Positions 1 to 9,938 of a stretch of DNA of 32,000 bases are shown one piece after another; positions within the stretch are counted from its first letter, which is position 1, and each line of letters begins with the position of its first letter. The notes under the pieces are model-generated. The model was not told the origin of the DNA, searched no databases, and saw nothing but the letters and a program-made list of their open reading frames with translations. This DNA comes from Psychrobacter sp. DM4. Its GTDB lineage: Bacteria > Pseudomonadota > Gammaproteobacteria > Pseudomonadales > Moraxellaceae. Where the stretch lies: positions 90,001 through 122,000 of the forward strand of contig NZ_CP195536.1 in the NCBI RefSeq assembly GCF_051307035.1, in the 5' to 3' direction. Both the position numbers and the translations under genes were made by a program.

Positions 1-2123
1 AAGCTCGCGAAGCACGTGAAAAAGAAGAGAATCGTCTGCGTGAAATCGAGACAGAAACTCGCCGCGTACAAGCTGAGGAGGCGCAAAAGCGTACCCTTGA
101 GCAAATGCGTAAAATGGCAGGTAAATACAACGACCGTGAGCCTGTCGCAGAAGTTCGTAAAGACGAGCCGTTAGCCGAAGGTCTGGTTGGAGATGCGTTG
201 GAGGAGTCGTTCGAAAAAGAACGTCGCGAAATCAAACGTGGCTCTAACAGCACAGGTGCTCGTGGTCGTCGTCGCAAAAACCAAGACGAGCGTGAGATTA
301 AGAACCGCAAAAATGGTTTAACCTCAACGCAAGCTTCACAGCATAAGTTTGAAAAGCCCGTCGAAAAAATCGTCTACGATGTCGAAATCAGTGAACAAAT
401 CGCGGTTTCAGACTTGGCTCAACGTATGGCAGTTAAAGCTCGCGAAGTCACCAAATTGCTCATGAAAATGGGCGAGATGGCACGCGAGTCTGACATGATA
501 GATCAAGCGACAGCGAGTCTAATCGTAGAAGAGATGGGTCATAATCCAGTACCCGTTAGTGATACTAAAGTTGAAGACGATCTACATGATGCGGTCGATG
601 AGCGTAGCAGTAACGTACAGACGCGTCCACCAGTCGTCACTATCATGGGTCATGTCGATCATGGTAAGACTTCACTACTCGATAAGATTCGTGAGACTAA
701 AGTCGCAACAGGCGAGGCAGGCGGTATCACCCAGCATATCGGTGCTTACCATGTTAAAACCGATCGCGGCGTTATTACTTTCCTCGATACCCCAGGTCAC
801 GCCGCCTTTAGTGCAATGCGTTCACGCGGCGCTCAGGCAACGGATATCGTCGTCTTAGTAGTCGCAGCTGACGATGGCATGATGCCGCAAACGGCAGAAG
901 CGATTGATCATGCCCGCGCGGCGGGTACGCCTATTATCGTCGCTATCAATAAGATGGATAAGCCAAGCGCTGATCCTGATCGCGTCCTCAATGAGCTGAC
1001 CGCAAAAGAAGTAGTGTCAGAAGATTGGGGCGGCGATACGCCAATGGCCCGTATATCTGCCAAAACAGGTGACGGCATTGATGAGCTTTTAGAGCTCATT
1101 AGCTTACAATCTGAATTGATGGAACTAGAAGCACCTTTAGACGGTGCAGCTCAAGGCGTCGTCATTGAATCAAGGCTAGAAAAAGGTCGTGGTCCTGTCG
1201 TCAGCGTACTGGTCAAAAAAGGTACATTGAAGCAAGGCGATCTAGTCCTAGCAGGCGAGCACTATGGTAAAGTGCGTGCGCTAACGGACGAGCATGGCAA
1301 GCGTGTTAAATCAGCAGGTCCTTCTATACCTGTTGAGATCTTAGGGTTACCTGAGACGCCAGCGGCTGGTAGTGAATTCTTAGTCGTGACTGACGAGAAA
1401 AAAGCCCGTGAAGTCGCTGACTTTAGAGCCAATCGCGAGCGTGAGCGTCAACTTGAACGTCAAAATGCCATGCGTCTAGAGAGCATGTTCGATCAGATGG
1501 AACAAGGCGATGTGTCTTTCTTAAATATCGTACTCAAGACTGATGTCCGCGGTTCTCTTGAAGCGCTCCTTTCAGCGCTTAACGAGCTATCTACTGACGA
1601 AGTTAAAGTCAGGGTTATCAGCTCAGGCGTCGGCCCGATCTCTGAATCTGACGTCACGCTTGCTGAATCTAGTGAAGCGGTACTATTAGGATTCAACGTC
1701 CGTGCAGATGCGACCGCACGCCGCAAAGCTGATAGCGCCGATATGGATATCCGCTACTACAGTGTCATCTATGGTCTAATCGACGATGTCAAAGCGGCCA
1801 TGAGTGGTATGCTCGCGCCTGAACATCGCGAGAAGATACTTGGTGTGGCTGATGTCCGCGAAGTGTTCCGCTCTAGTAAGTTTGGTGCAGCTGCCGGTTG
1901 TATGGTGGTTGAAGGTACTATTTATCGCAACAAACCCATTCGTGTACTACGTGATGACCAAGTTATCTTTACCGGTCAATTGCAATCGTTACGTCGTTAC
2001 AAAGAAGACGTTAATGAGGTGCGTACTGGTATGGAATGTGGTCTTGCGGTTCGTGGCTATGATGTCGAAGCGGGCGATAAAATTGAAGTCTTTGAGATTC
2101 AAGAGTTCGCACGTACTATCTAA
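1..2123 (+). CDS. infB: Translation initiation factor IF-2, 5'-truncated by the window edge
   Basis: Frame 3 is open from nt 3 to the TAA at 2121-2123, so the ATG at 105 in the ORF track is internal. The translation carries GTPase motifs [13 protein letters not shown] and NKMD, plus the conserved IF-2 C-terminal domain (…TGMECGLAV…). Confidence 0.97.
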   Translation, partial: AREAREKEENRLREIETETRRVQAEEAQKRTLEQMRKMAGKYNDREPVAEVRKDEPLAEGLVGDALEESFEKERREIKRGSNSTGARGRRRKNQDEREIKNRKNGLTSTQASQHKFEKPVEKIVYDVEISEQIAVSDLAQRMAVKAREVTKLLMKMGEMARESDMIDQATASLIVEEMGHNPVPVSDTKVEDDLHDAVDERSSNVQTRPPVVTIMGHVDHGKTSLLDKIRETKVATGEAGGITQHIGAYHVKTDRGVITFLDTPGHAAFSAMRSRGAQATDIVVLVVAADDGMMPQTAEAIDHARAAGTPIIVAINKMDKPSADPDRVLNELTAKEVVSEDWGGDTPMARISAKTGDGIDELLELISLQSELMELEAPLDGAAQGVVIESRLEKGRGPVVSVLVKKGTLKQGDLVLAGEHYGKVRALTDEHGKRVKSAGPSIPVEILGLPETPAAGSEFLVVTDEKKAREVADFRANRERERQLERQNAMRLESMFDQMEQGDVSFLNIVLKTDVRGSLEALLSALNELSTDEVKVRVISSGVGPISESDVTLAESSEAVLLGFNVRADATARRKADSADMDIRYYSVIYGLIDDVKAAMSGMLAPEHREKILGVADVREVFRSSKFGAAAGCMVVEGTIYRNKPIRVLRDDQVIFTGQLQSLRRYKEDVNEVRTGMECGLAVRGYDVEAGDKIEVFEIQEFARTI

Positions 2124-2151
2124 GGCTACTGCTTGATAGTCAGCTACAACT

Positions 2152-2186
2152 AGGCCTAACAGGTGCATCCTGCTAGGCCTTTTTTA
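2152..2186 (+). terminator. Hairpin plus T-run after infB (terminator or attenuator)
   Basis: aggcctaacagg (2152-2163) pairs with cctgctaggcct (2169-2180) with one A.C mismatch. A run of 5-6 T follows at 2180-2185. Confidence 0.6.
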
Positions 2187-2302
2187 CCGTATAAAAATCT
2201 GTTCCAGTTTCGCTATATCTCTTTTGTTAAGACCTGTCTATATTAGTACTGGTCATAAATAAATTTTAAATATAAGAATTTTACTAAAGTAAGGTTAATA
2301 CT

Positions 2303-2731
2303 ATGAACCAACGTTTACAGCGTTTGTCTGACCAAATACAGCGTGAGCTTGCTGTTCTTATCCGTGATGAAGTCAATGATCCGCGTCTGACCGGTTTTGT
2401 GACTATCTCAAGCGTCAAAGTTAGCCCAGATTTAGGCTACGCTGATGTCTATGTCACTATCATGGAGCCTGAGCTCAATGATGCTATGGTCAAGACCAAC
2501 CACGAAGAGAGTGTCAAAGTCCTTAACAACGCGGCAGGGTTCTTGCGCACGGAACTAAGCCACAGCCTAAAAACACGTACGACTCCGCGCTTGCGTTTTC
2601 ATTACGATGAAGTGACCGCGCGTGGTAACTACATGATGGACTTGATCAGTCAAGCTGTCACCAAAACTGAGCAAAACGAAGACGACGTCGACAACAAAGA
2701 CAGTAGTGATAGCAGCGATAATGACCGTTAA
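2303..2731 (+). CDS. rbfA: Ribosome-binding factor A
   Basis: RbfA-like sequence (RLQRLSDQIQRELAVLIRDEVNDPRL…ISSVKVSPDLGYADVYV…RLRFHYD) with an acidic tail. It sits at the conserved position after infB, with an AAGG Shine-Dalgarno (SD) upstream. Confidence 0.93.
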   Translation: MNQRLQRLSDQIQRELAVLIRDEVNDPRLTGFVTISSVKVSPDLGYADVYVTIMEPELNDAMVKTNHEESVKVLNNAAGFLRTELSHSLKTRTTPRLRFHYDEVTARGNYMMDLISQAVTKTEQNEDDVDNKDSSDSSDNDR

Positions 2732-2735
2732 AAAC

Positions 2736-3755
2736 ATGAACAAACAAAGAGTCTCTGGCGTCATCTTGGTCGATAAACCTCAAGGCATGACCTCACAGCA
2801 AGTCGTGTCAAAGGTGAAGTATCTATTTAAGTCGCCAGTGCATGACAGCAAAAAAGCAGGTCATACAGGCACGCTTGATCCTATGGCGACAGGTCTTTTG
2901 CCTATTTGCTTGGGCGAGGCGACCAAGTTCAGCCATTATCAGCTCGATGCGGACAAGTCTTATCAAGCAACCATTTTGCTAGGCAGTCAAACCGATACGG
3001 GTGACGCTGACGGCAAAATCATTGCGACTGCTGAGGTGACTCAAATCGATCAGCCGTTACTAGAGCGTATCGCTCAGCAGTTCTTTGGTGCTCAGCAGCA
3101 AATTCCGCCTATGTACTCAGCGCTCAAAAAAGACGGCAAAAAGCTCTATGAATACGCGCGTGCGGGTATTGAGGTTGAACGTGCGCCGCGAGACATAGTG
3201 ATAAAAGCCATTGAGCTAATCGCTATTAATGATACTCAGTTGCAACTCACCGCGACGTGCACTAAGGGTACTTATATACGCGTGCTGGGAGAGGATATTG
3301 CCCAAGCGATAGGCACGCTCGGTCACCTAACCGCATTACGACGATTGCAAGTAGGCAGGTTTGCTATTGATGACTCGATAACCATACCAGAGCTTGAAGC
3401 ACTAGCACTTGATAAGCGCTTTGAGCAGTTGCTGCCAGTAGATGCTTGTATCGATATAAGCGCTACACTTATGCTGACAGAACAGCAAGTCGTACGCGTA
3501 CGGCAAGGTCAACGACTCAATGTTTCAGAACAGATGAGCGCTGATATTCAAAATTATGTCTCAAGCAGTATTGATACTCAAACGCACAATAATACTGTTA
3601 TTAGTAATAAGGGCACAGAGCCAAGTATTGAGCCGCCTCTACGCCATGAGATACCAGTAGATATACGTCTAATTGATGACCAAGGGCAGTTTATCGGTCT
3701 AGGGGCAGTTAGTTTAAACGGACGCTTGCAACCCAAAAAGCTCATCCACCTGTAA
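2736..3755 (+). CDS. truB: tRNA pseudouridine(55) synthase
   Basis: Catalytic-Asp motif GHTGTLDPMATGLLPICLGEATKF, N-terminus …GVILVDKPQGMTSQQV, and a PUA-like C-terminus. The ORF is open from a GTG at 2706. I chose ATG 2736 (MNKQRVSGV…) by similarity to TruB N-termini; ATG 2721 or GTG 2706 cannot be excluded. Confidence 0.92.
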   Translation: MNKQRVSGVILVDKPQGMTSQQVVSKVKYLFKSPVHDSKKAGHTGTLDPMATGLLPICLGEATKFSHYQLDADKSYQATILLGSQTDTGDADGKIIATAEVTQIDQPLLERIAQQFFGAQQQIPPMYSALKKDGKKLYEYARAGIEVERAPRDIVIKAIELIAINDTQLQLTATCTKGTYIRVLGEDIAQAIGTLGHLTALRRLQVGRFAIDDSITIPELEALALDKRFEQLLPVDACIDISATLMLTEQQVVRVRQGQRLNVSEQMSADIQNYVSSSIDTQTHNNTVISNKGTEPSIEPPLRHEIPVDIRLIDDQGQFIGLGAVSLNGRLQPKKLIHL

Positions 3756-3803
3756 ATCGTATTACCAGTGCATTACATTAATCACATATCGTCACATTTT
3801 ATT

Positions 3804-3837
3804 GCAGGTTACGTCTATAGCGTGACCTGCTTTTTTT
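3804..3837 (+). terminator. Rho-independent terminator after truB
   Basis: gcaggttacg (3804-3813) pairs with cgtgacctgc (3821-3830) with one G.U pair. T7 follows at 3831-3837. Confidence 0.75.
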
Positions 3838-3912
3838 ATAGACTAACCAGACCTACTAAAGACTAAATAAAAAAATGCTAGTAGGAATCAATAAAAATCG
3901 ACGAGGTAAACT

Positions 3913-4437
3913 ATGAAGACGATTGCTTTTTTGCTACATAATAATTTTGAACAAGCAGAATACGAAGAAGTCAACAACAAGCTTAAAGATAAAGGCTATA
4001 AAACGATTTTGATCACGACTAATGATAACAAAGAAGTCCAAGCGATGCAGCAGGACGTCAACAAAGCAGATACCTTTACCGCTGATATTTTTGCTAATGA
4101 AGCAAACGTTGCTGATTACGATGCTCTGGTATTGCCAGGTGGTACTGTCAATGCAGATACTATTCGTGGCAACGAAGAAGCACATAGCATTATTAATGCT
4201 ATCAACGATGCTGGCAAAACCTTAGCTGTTATCTGTCACGCACCTTGGGCACTTATTAATACAGGCATCGCCAAAGGCAAAACACTCACAGCTTATCACT
4301 CGTTACAAACTGATTTAGAGAATGCAGGTGCAAAATTTGTCGACAAGACCGTGCAAATAGATGGTAATCTAATTACTTCACGTAACCCTGATGATATCGA
4401 TAACTTCGTAGATGCCATAGACAACGCACTATCGTAA
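3913..4437 (+). CDS. DJ-1/PfpI family protein (type-1 glutamine amidotransferase-like; general-stress / deglycase-protease family)
   Basis: Nucleophile-elbow motif AVICHAPWALI (Cys-His), LVLPGG, and C-terminal ITSRNPDD, all typical of PfpI/YfkM-type proteins. GAGG SD lies 6 nt upstream. Confidence 0.85.
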   Translation: MKTIAFLLHNNFEQAEYEEVNNKLKDKGYKTILITTNDNKEVQAMQQDVNKADTFTADIFANEANVADYDALVLPGGTVNADTIRGNEEAHSIINAINDAGKTLAVICHAPWALINTGIAKGKTLTAYHSLQTDLENAGAKFVDKTVQIDGNLITSRNPDDIDNFVDAIDNALS

Positions 4438-4495
4438 TTCTACAAGCCATTTATATATTCAACTTGATTTGTTTAACTAACACTAAGGATCTACT

Positions 4496-4657
4496 ATGAC
4501 ACAGCCTAATCCAAACGATACCAAACTTGAACAGCAAAAATCTGATTCACAAACGGCATCACTGAAGAACCAGACTGAAAATAACTACAACGAAGAGTCT
4601 GAAGCCGCTGCCGATCGCATCGCTGACAATGTAGAGAACGCTAAAGACGATAAGTAA
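4496..4657 (+). CDS. Small acidic hydrophilic protein, 53 aa (not in ORF track)
   Basis: ATG 4496 is preceded by AAGGA (4484-4488). It translates as MTQPNPNDTKLEQQKSDSQTASLKNQTENNYNEESEAAADRIADNVENAKDDK, stops at TAA 4655-4657, and has its own hairpin plus T-run downstream. Confidence 0.5.
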   Translation: MTQPNPNDTKLEQQKSDSQTASLKNQTENNYNEESEAAADRIADNVENAKDDK

Positions 4658-4662
4658 TTTTG

Positions 4663-4702
4663 ATAATGGCTATCTTCAATATAGCAATAGTCATTATTTT
4701 TT
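4663..4702 (+). terminator. Terminator-like hairpin after first small ORF
   Basis: ataatg/cattat (4663-4668 / 4692-4697) encloses gctat/atagc. A T-run follows at 4697-4702. Confidence 0.5.
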
Positions 4703-4756
4703 AGTCTTTTGCATATAATATTATTATAAAAATAAACTCAAAATAGGAGAGTAACG

Positions 4757-4918
4757 ATGGATAAACAAGAAAAGAGTATTAATGAGCAATTCAAAGAGAT
4801 TAATCCGACAGACGAAGCGCCTGATAGCTTAGCAGAAGCAACGACTGCGCCGCTCGATGATAATGAGCTTGGTAAGCACGCTACAGAAGATGACGTCAAA
4901 AAGAACGACGATAAGTAA
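4757..4918 (+). CDS. Small acidic hydrophilic protein, 53 aa (not in ORF track)
   Basis: ATG 4757 is preceded by AGGAG (4745-4749). It translates as MDKQEKSINEQFKEINPTDEAPDSLAEATTAPLDDNELGKHATEDDVKKNDDK and stops at TAA 4916-4918. A terminator follows. The antisense 78-aa ORF in the track has no SD and a Ser/Leu/Cys-rich nonsense-like composition. Confidence 0.55.
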   Translation: MDKQEKSINEQFKEINPTDEAPDSLAEATTAPLDDNELGKHATEDDVKKNDDK

Positions 4919-4977
4919 TCTCTACAATGAGTTTGTGCATTGAAATCATCATGATATCGAATGTGTGAGCTCATAAT

Positions 4978-5006
4978 AAAAACTGCTGCTAATGTGGCAG
5001 TTTTTT
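4978..5006 (+). terminator. Rho-independent terminator after second small ORF
   Basis: aaaactgc…gcagtttttt: stem actgc/gcagt (4982-4986 / 4997-5001) flanked by an A-run and T6. Confidence 0.65.
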
Positions 5007-5277
5007 GTTATAATTGCCGCCGTATTATCAGTAGTCTTCATGCAAAGTTGTAGATACATTTTAAACATCCGAATAGATGATTAAAAGGTGTTGTTCATTG
5101 CACAAAGATTACTGTGTAATTACACTATTGAACCTATAGTGCTTAGCGTTCACTAGGTCAACTCTAGTAATGCAGGGTTGTCCTGAATGACGCATAAGCT
5201 ATTTTTTACTCTATTGTTCTATAAGTGCTCAAATGTTTGAGTAAGTTATAGAGCTTTTAGCATTGCTGGAGATATTT

Positions 5278-5544
5278 ATGCTAACGAATACTGATCGCGA
5301 ACAAATTATTGCTCAATACCAACGCGGCGAAAACGATACCGGTTCTCCTGAAGTTCAGGTTGCCCTATTGAGCGCACGTATTAACGATCTACAGAACCAT
5401 TTTAAAGAGCACAAAGGCGATCATCACAGCCGTCGTGGTCTTATCCGTATGGTAAACACGCGCCGTAAGCTTCTTGACTACCTAAAGGGCAAAGATCTTG
5501 GTCGCTATACCACACTGATCAGCCAATTGGGTCTACGTCGTTAA
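5278..5544 (+). CDS. rpsO: 30S ribosomal protein S15
   Basis: Translation …[51 protein letters not shown]…LGLRR is canonical S15. GGAG (5267-5270) precedes ATG 5278; the track start at 5263 is probably 5 codons too long. Confidence 0.95.
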   Translation: MLTNTDREQIIAQYQRGENDTGSPEVQVALLSARINDLQNHFKEHKGDHHSRRGLIRMVNTRRKLLDYLKGKDLGRYTTLISQLGLRR

Positions 5545-5591
5545 TATCACATTTAATCATGTGATTATCGATAAGATATCTGAGTATTATA

Positions 5592-5625
5592 AAAGCGGTG
5601 TGGAATAGTTTCACGCCGTTTTTTT
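5592..5625 (+). terminator. Rho-independent terminator after rpsO
   Basis: cggtgtg (5596-5602) pairs with cacgccg (5612-5618) with one G.U pair. T7 follows at 5619-5625. Confidence 0.75.
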
Positions 5626-6046
5626 ATGGCTGATATTTGCTAGGTTGATCCATTTCTGCGATTAATTGGTCAAGGGCGACAAATCACTGTAAAATAACGC
5701 CTTGTGAATTTGTATAGTGGCCTAGCTATAGTCCTAAAACAAAGCACAAACAGATAAATATATTTAGAATAAGCTTAACTCTTAGCTTTGTAGAGATAAA
5801 AGCTTGAGTAATATAGAAAAAAGAATCCAGATAAGTAGTAATGGGAAGAATTTTGAATAAATAATTGAGTGGTCACAGCGATAGAGAAGGTCTCTTTGTT
5901 TATTTTAAGCTAAATGACTGATAGATAGACATATGAATGAGATGGTAATTTAGCACTTAGCATTCAAAACTTAGAACGCAAAAATTTAATGACTGATCAA
6001 AGACTCTTTATACGGATATTATCAGTCTCAATACTAGGAAACTTAT

Positions 6047-8170
6047 ATGACAATGTTTAATACAGTGAAGCGCGAATTTCAATATGGTAATCAGCAAGTC
6101 GTCATCGAGACAGGTCGCGTTGCCCGTCAAGCCAACTCGATTATGGTACATATGGGCGGCGTGACCGTACTGGTTGCCGCAGTCGTCAAGTCTGATCCAA
6201 AAGAGGGTCAAAACTTCTTCCCGCTAACCGTCAACTACCAAGAAAAAATGTACGCGGCAGGTAAGATCCCTGGTGCTTATGGCAAACGTGAAGGCCGCGC
6301 CAGTGAGTTTGAAACGCTAACCTCACGCTTGATTGACCGCCCAATCCGTCCATTATTCCCTGAAGGTTATGTGAACGAGATTCAGATTACGGCGACAGTT
6401 GTGTCATCAGACAAAACCCAATCTGCTGATATCGCAGCCCTCATCGGTGCGTCAGCAGCACTCGCAATCTCTGATGCGCCATTCAATGGCCCAGTCGCCG
6501 CAGCCCGTGTTGGTTTTATCGGTGGTGAATACGTCCTAAACCCAACGCTTGAGCAGCTCAAAGAAAGCGATCTTGATTTGGTCGTTGCTGGTACCAAATC
6601 TGCGGTATTAATGGTTGAATCTGAAGCCGCTGAGCTATCAGAAGATCAGATGCTAGGCGCAGTACTATACGGACATGAGCAACAGCAAATTGTCATCGAT
6701 AACATCGCTTCAATGGCAGAGGAAATCGGCACCGCTAAGCAGCAGTTTGAAACGCCAAAGGCAGACGCGTCGCTAGAGAGTAGCATGAAAGAGCAGTTCG
6801 GCGCGCAAGTCGCTAATGCTTATACCACTACAGACAAGCAAGAGCGCTATGCCAAGCTCGATGACGTTAAGCAAGCCGCTATCGATGCGCTAGCAGGCGA
6901 CAAAGAGTCAGAGGACTACAGCAGCAACGTCTCTAAGCTCAAGGACATCTACAATGATCTAAAATATCGTACCGTTCGTGACAACATCTTGTCAGGTAAG
7001 CCGCGTATCGATGGTCGTGATTTAGATACCGTTCGCGCCCTTGACGTGCAAGTTGGCGTATTACCATACACCCATGGTTCAGCGCTATTTACTCGCGGTG
7101 AGACGCAAGCTTTGGTCACGACGACGCTAGGTAACAGCCGTGATGTCAATATGATTGACTCACTAGGCGGCACTATCCGTGATCATTTCATGCTCCATTA
7201 TAACTTCCCGCATTTCTCAGTCGGTGAGACAGGTCGCGAGGGTATCCCAAAACGCCGCGAAATCGGTCATGGTCGCCTAGCTCGCCGCGGTGTGCAAGCG
7301 ATGCTGCCAGATAGCGACCGCTTCCCGTATGTCATCCGCGTGGTATCCGAGATTACTGAGTCAAACGGTTCGTCTTCTATGGCTTCTGTTTGCGGTGCAA
7401 GTTTGGCATTGATGGACGCAGGCGTACCCATCAAAGCCCCAGTCGCTGGTATTGCGATGGGTCTGGTCAAAGAAGGCGAGCGCTTTGCGGTACTATCAGA
7501 CATCCTAGGTGATGAAGATCATCTTGGCGATATGGACTTTAAAGTCGCGGGTTCTAAAGACGGTATCACTGCGCTACAGATGGATATCAAAATCGAAGGG
7601 ATTACCCCTGACATCATGGAGCAAGCGCTCAAGCAAGCTCATGCAGGCCGTATCCATATTTTAGATGCGATGAATAAAGTACTGCCTGAGAGCCGTACTG
7701 AAATCAACGCGCATGCGCCTAATTATGCTGTGATTGAGATCAATCCTGACAAAATCCGTGACGTCATCGGTAAAGGTGGTGCAATGATTCGTCAGCTAAC
7801 AGAAGAGACTGGCGCGGTTATCGATATCGATGATGGCGGTACTATTCGTATCTTTGGTGAAAACAAAGCGGCAACCAAAGCGGCTATCGGTAAAATCGAG
7901 GCGCTAACGGCTGAAGTTGAGGTCGGTAAAACTTACGAAGGTACGGTTGCTCGTATCGTTGACTTTGGCGCGTTCGTTAACGTCTTGCCAAACACGGATG
8001 GCCTAGTCCATATCTCGCAAATCGCAGAAGAGCGCGTCGAGAATGTCTCTGACTATCTAAAGGAAGGTCAAAAGGTCAATGTCTTCGTTCAAGACGTCGA
8101 CAACCGTGGTCGCATTAAGTTGACTATGAAAGGTATTGAGCAGAACGTAACGGCTGATACTGCTGAATAA
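6047..8170 (+). CDS. pnp: Polyribonucleotide nucleotidyltransferase (PNPase)
   Basis: Full-length architecture: two RNase PH domains, a KH domain ([20 protein letters not shown]) and an S1 domain ([33 protein letters not shown]). AGGAA SD lies 7 nt upstream. Confidence 0.97.
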   Translation: MTMFNTVKREFQYGNQQVVIETGRVARQANSIMVHMGGVTVLVAAVVKSDPKEGQNFFPLTVNYQEKMYAAGKIPGAYGKREGRASEFETLTSRLIDRPIRPLFPEGYVNEIQITATVVSSDKTQSADIAALIGASAALAISDAPFNGPVAAARVGFIGGEYVLNPTLEQLKESDLDLVVAGTKSAVLMVESEAAELSEDQMLGAVLYGHEQQQIVIDNIASMAEEIGTAKQQFETPKADASLESSMKEQFGAQVANAYTTTDKQERYAKLDDVKQAAIDALAGDKESEDYSSNVSKLKDIYNDLKYRTVRDNILSGKPRIDGRDLDTVRALDVQVGVLPYTHGSALFTRGETQALVTTTLGNSRDVNMIDSLGGTIRDHFMLHYNFPHFSVGETGREGIPKRREIGHGRLARRGVQAMLPDSDRFPYVIRVVSEITESNGSSSMASVCGASLALMDAGVPIKAPVAGIAMGLVKEGERFAVLSDILGDEDHLGDMDFKVAGSKDGITALQMDIKIEGITPDIMEQALKQAHAGRIHILDAMNKVLPESRTEINAHAPNYAVIEINPDKIRDVIGKGGAMIRQLTEETGAVIDIDDGGTIRIFGENKAATKAAIGKIEALTAEVEVGKTYEGTVARIVDFGAFVNVLPNTDGLVHISQIAEERVENVSDYLKEGQKVNVFVQDVDNRGRIKLTMKGIEQNVTADTAE

Positions 8171-8189
8171 GTACTTTTTCTTGATTTAG

Positions 8190-8227
8190 AAAAACCGCTC
8201 TAGCTTATTAGTTAGGGCGGTTTTTTT
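8190..8227 (+). terminator. Rho-independent terminator after pnp
   Basis: accgctcta (8194-8202) pairs with tagggcggt (8213-8221) with one G.U pair. T7 follows at 8221-8227. Confidence 0.8.
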
Positions 8228-8261
8228 GTGGAAACATTTTGGATATTAAGTTTTGGCGTAG

Positions 8262-8280
8262 GCTGGGCTTTTAGCCCAGC
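8262..8280. repeat. Short GC-rich palindromic hairpin (REP-like?)
   Basis: gctgggc-tttta-gcccagc is a perfect 7-bp stem. A second small GC palindrome, gtgcgc-tgg-gcgcac, lies at 8361-8375. Copy number in the genome is unknown. Confidence 0.3.
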
Positions 8281-8634
8281 GAATAGGAATGTAAGAAAAT
8301 AAATATAGTTTTTATTAGGTATGCTATGTGCACCACTGGATAAGTTATCGTGTTATATCGGTGCGCTGGGCGCACTCTACTTTTCTATAGCCTTACGTTA
8401 GTTAGACCATAGACCGCTTATAAATGTCATAGATTAAGGTAGAAATGAACAAATCCTGCAAATAACTTTATTCTGAAACCATAACGCTGAATTTTCCGCT
8501 ATTATTACTTGTCATCTATTAAGCGGAAACAAGCAAGTGGGGTATGTTCCGTGTTTTGTAAATCTAAATTATTAACCTGCAAAATATAAGCTATGGTCAC
8601 AACTCACTCTATCAAATATATTGGACAGTACACT

Positions 8635-9681
8635 ATGTACAACAAAAAAGTGAATATTAATAAGTGTCTAAACCCAATTTTATCTATATTGTCAGTTGCT
8701 GTACTTTCTACGCTGTCATCAATGGCAATCGCTCAAAGCACACCTAACCAGTCCTTTAACGTATCAAGCGTTACTAATAGCTCAAAAAAAAATATCTCAA
8801 GCTGTGACATCTATAATGAAATTGAACAGTCTGAAACACCCATTGATCTGAATAGTGTCACACAAACGCCAAATGGTATCGAAGTTCATTCTAATGACTT
8901 AGATATTCAAGTGGAAGACTTTCAACCATGCAAAGCCAGTAACCCATTCAGTAGTGACAAAGAAGCTATTGCGCTATATCAGCAACTTGAACACGATTTA
9001 GACAAAATAGCGGAGATAATTATTCGTGATGTACCAGAAGGCTTCTCTAAATATAAGGGTTTAGATAATGAAGAACTTGACCAAATAATTCAAAACGTAC
9101 AATTAGCAAAACAGCAAAAGCACAATCCAGAAAAGTTCGTAAACACATACATCTATATGGCGGTTTATAGTTATTTAGGCGAATTCGTACCTAAAGACGA
9201 TGCTAAAGCTGTGCAGTATATGAGCTATGTGGTTGACTACTATCAGTCTTTTAGCCCTAATGATGTATCGCCATTACTTAATTATATGGTTGCGGTAGCA
9301 ATTATGGAAAAGCAAAGACATATCAGTGATGACAATCCTATTAATTTACAGCATGAGACTGAGAGTAGTGTTGAAGCCGTGACTGCTTATTTGCTATCCA
9401 AAGCAGGGCACTTGGACACGAAGGCTATATTAGTAAAGAGTTACATCAATCGAATGAATAAAACGCTTGATGATTCCACAGTAGACAGGATTCACCAACT
9501 ATTTGACCCAAAACTTAGGGAGCTTGAACATCTTTCCGAGCAAGGAAGTTATGTTGCTACAAATGAATTGACAGAATTATATAAGGGGTTAAAGACCATT
9601 GATTTAGACTATGCAGAGCAAGCAAGACACTGGGGAGATCGAGTTGACACTTTGCTCCAGCCAGATACTAACTGGAATTAG
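8635..9681 (+). CDS. Secreted hypothetical protein (signal peptide; one possible degenerate Sel1-like repeat)
   Basis: Long ORF open from 8593. ATG 8635 gives MYNKKVNINKCLNPILSILSVAVLSTLSSMAIA|QS, a typical Sec signal with an AxA site. The segment YLGEFVPKDDAKAVQYM resembles a Sel1 repeat core. I recognise no family. Confidence 0.7.
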   Translation: MYNKKVNINKCLNPILSILSVAVLSTLSSMAIAQSTPNQSFNVSSVTNSSKKNISSCDIYNEIEQSETPIDLNSVTQTPNGIEVHSNDLDIQVEDFQPCKASNPFSSDKEAIALYQQLEHDLDKIAEIIIRDVPEGFSKYKGLDNEELDQIIQNVQLAKQQKHNPEKFVNTYIYMAVYSYLGEFVPKDDAKAVQYMSYVVDYYQSFSPNDVSPLLNYMVAVAIMEKQRHISDDNPINLQHETESSVEAVTAYLLSKAGHLDTKAILVKSYINRMNKTLDDSTVDRIHQLFDPKLRELEHLSEQGSYVATNELTELYKGLKTIDLDYAEQARHWGDRVDTLLQPDTNWN

Positions 9682-9938
9682 TTGATACACATTTTAAGTA
9701 TTTTTAGAAAATAAATAGCTTCTATTTAGGCAATGTATGCCTCAACGGAACCCGCCCTTTTTACACTTCAAACCTATTAATAGACCACTTGAAACAGACC
9801 ACTAGTATGGAGCCACTTATATCAGACTTTACTTATCCTGATACATAATAGCGAAATAAAATATTCCCCGCCTTATCCTCTCCAATTCAGTTAAAATCAT
9901 GCCTATTAAAAAATCAATAAAAACATGGCTATCCCTTT

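Noticed and set aside
559-2136. Short ORFs inside infB on both strands (559-858, 908-1099, 1493-1726, 1804-2136)
   Set aside because: They lie fully inside a strongly supported IF-2 frame, have no SDs, and show Ser/Arg/Leu-rich shadow-ORF composition. The same reasoning applies to the nested ORFs inside the other large genes. These are the nested ORFs in pnp (6008-6211, 6382-6597, 6949-7173, 7267-7503) and prlC (14731-14955, 15675-15929). It also covers those in the carboxylase (23605-23787, 24103-24312, 24616-24813, 24641-24931, 25080-25376) and the allophanate hydrolase (25553-25873, 25600-25800, 25761-25949, 26985-27173). The remaining nested ORFs in this class are 2567-2764, 3934-4185, 4022-4225, 12367-12582, 13144-13332, 14462-14725, 20283-20516, 25345-25581, 27478-27702, 29721-29915, 30560-30745 and 30814-31005.
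4738-4974. 78-aa minus-strand ORF overlapping the second small acidic ORF
   Set aside because: It has no SD and a Ser/Leu/Cys-rich nonsense-like sequence. The plus-strand 53-codon ORF has an AGGAG SD, a downstream terminator and a paralogue next door.
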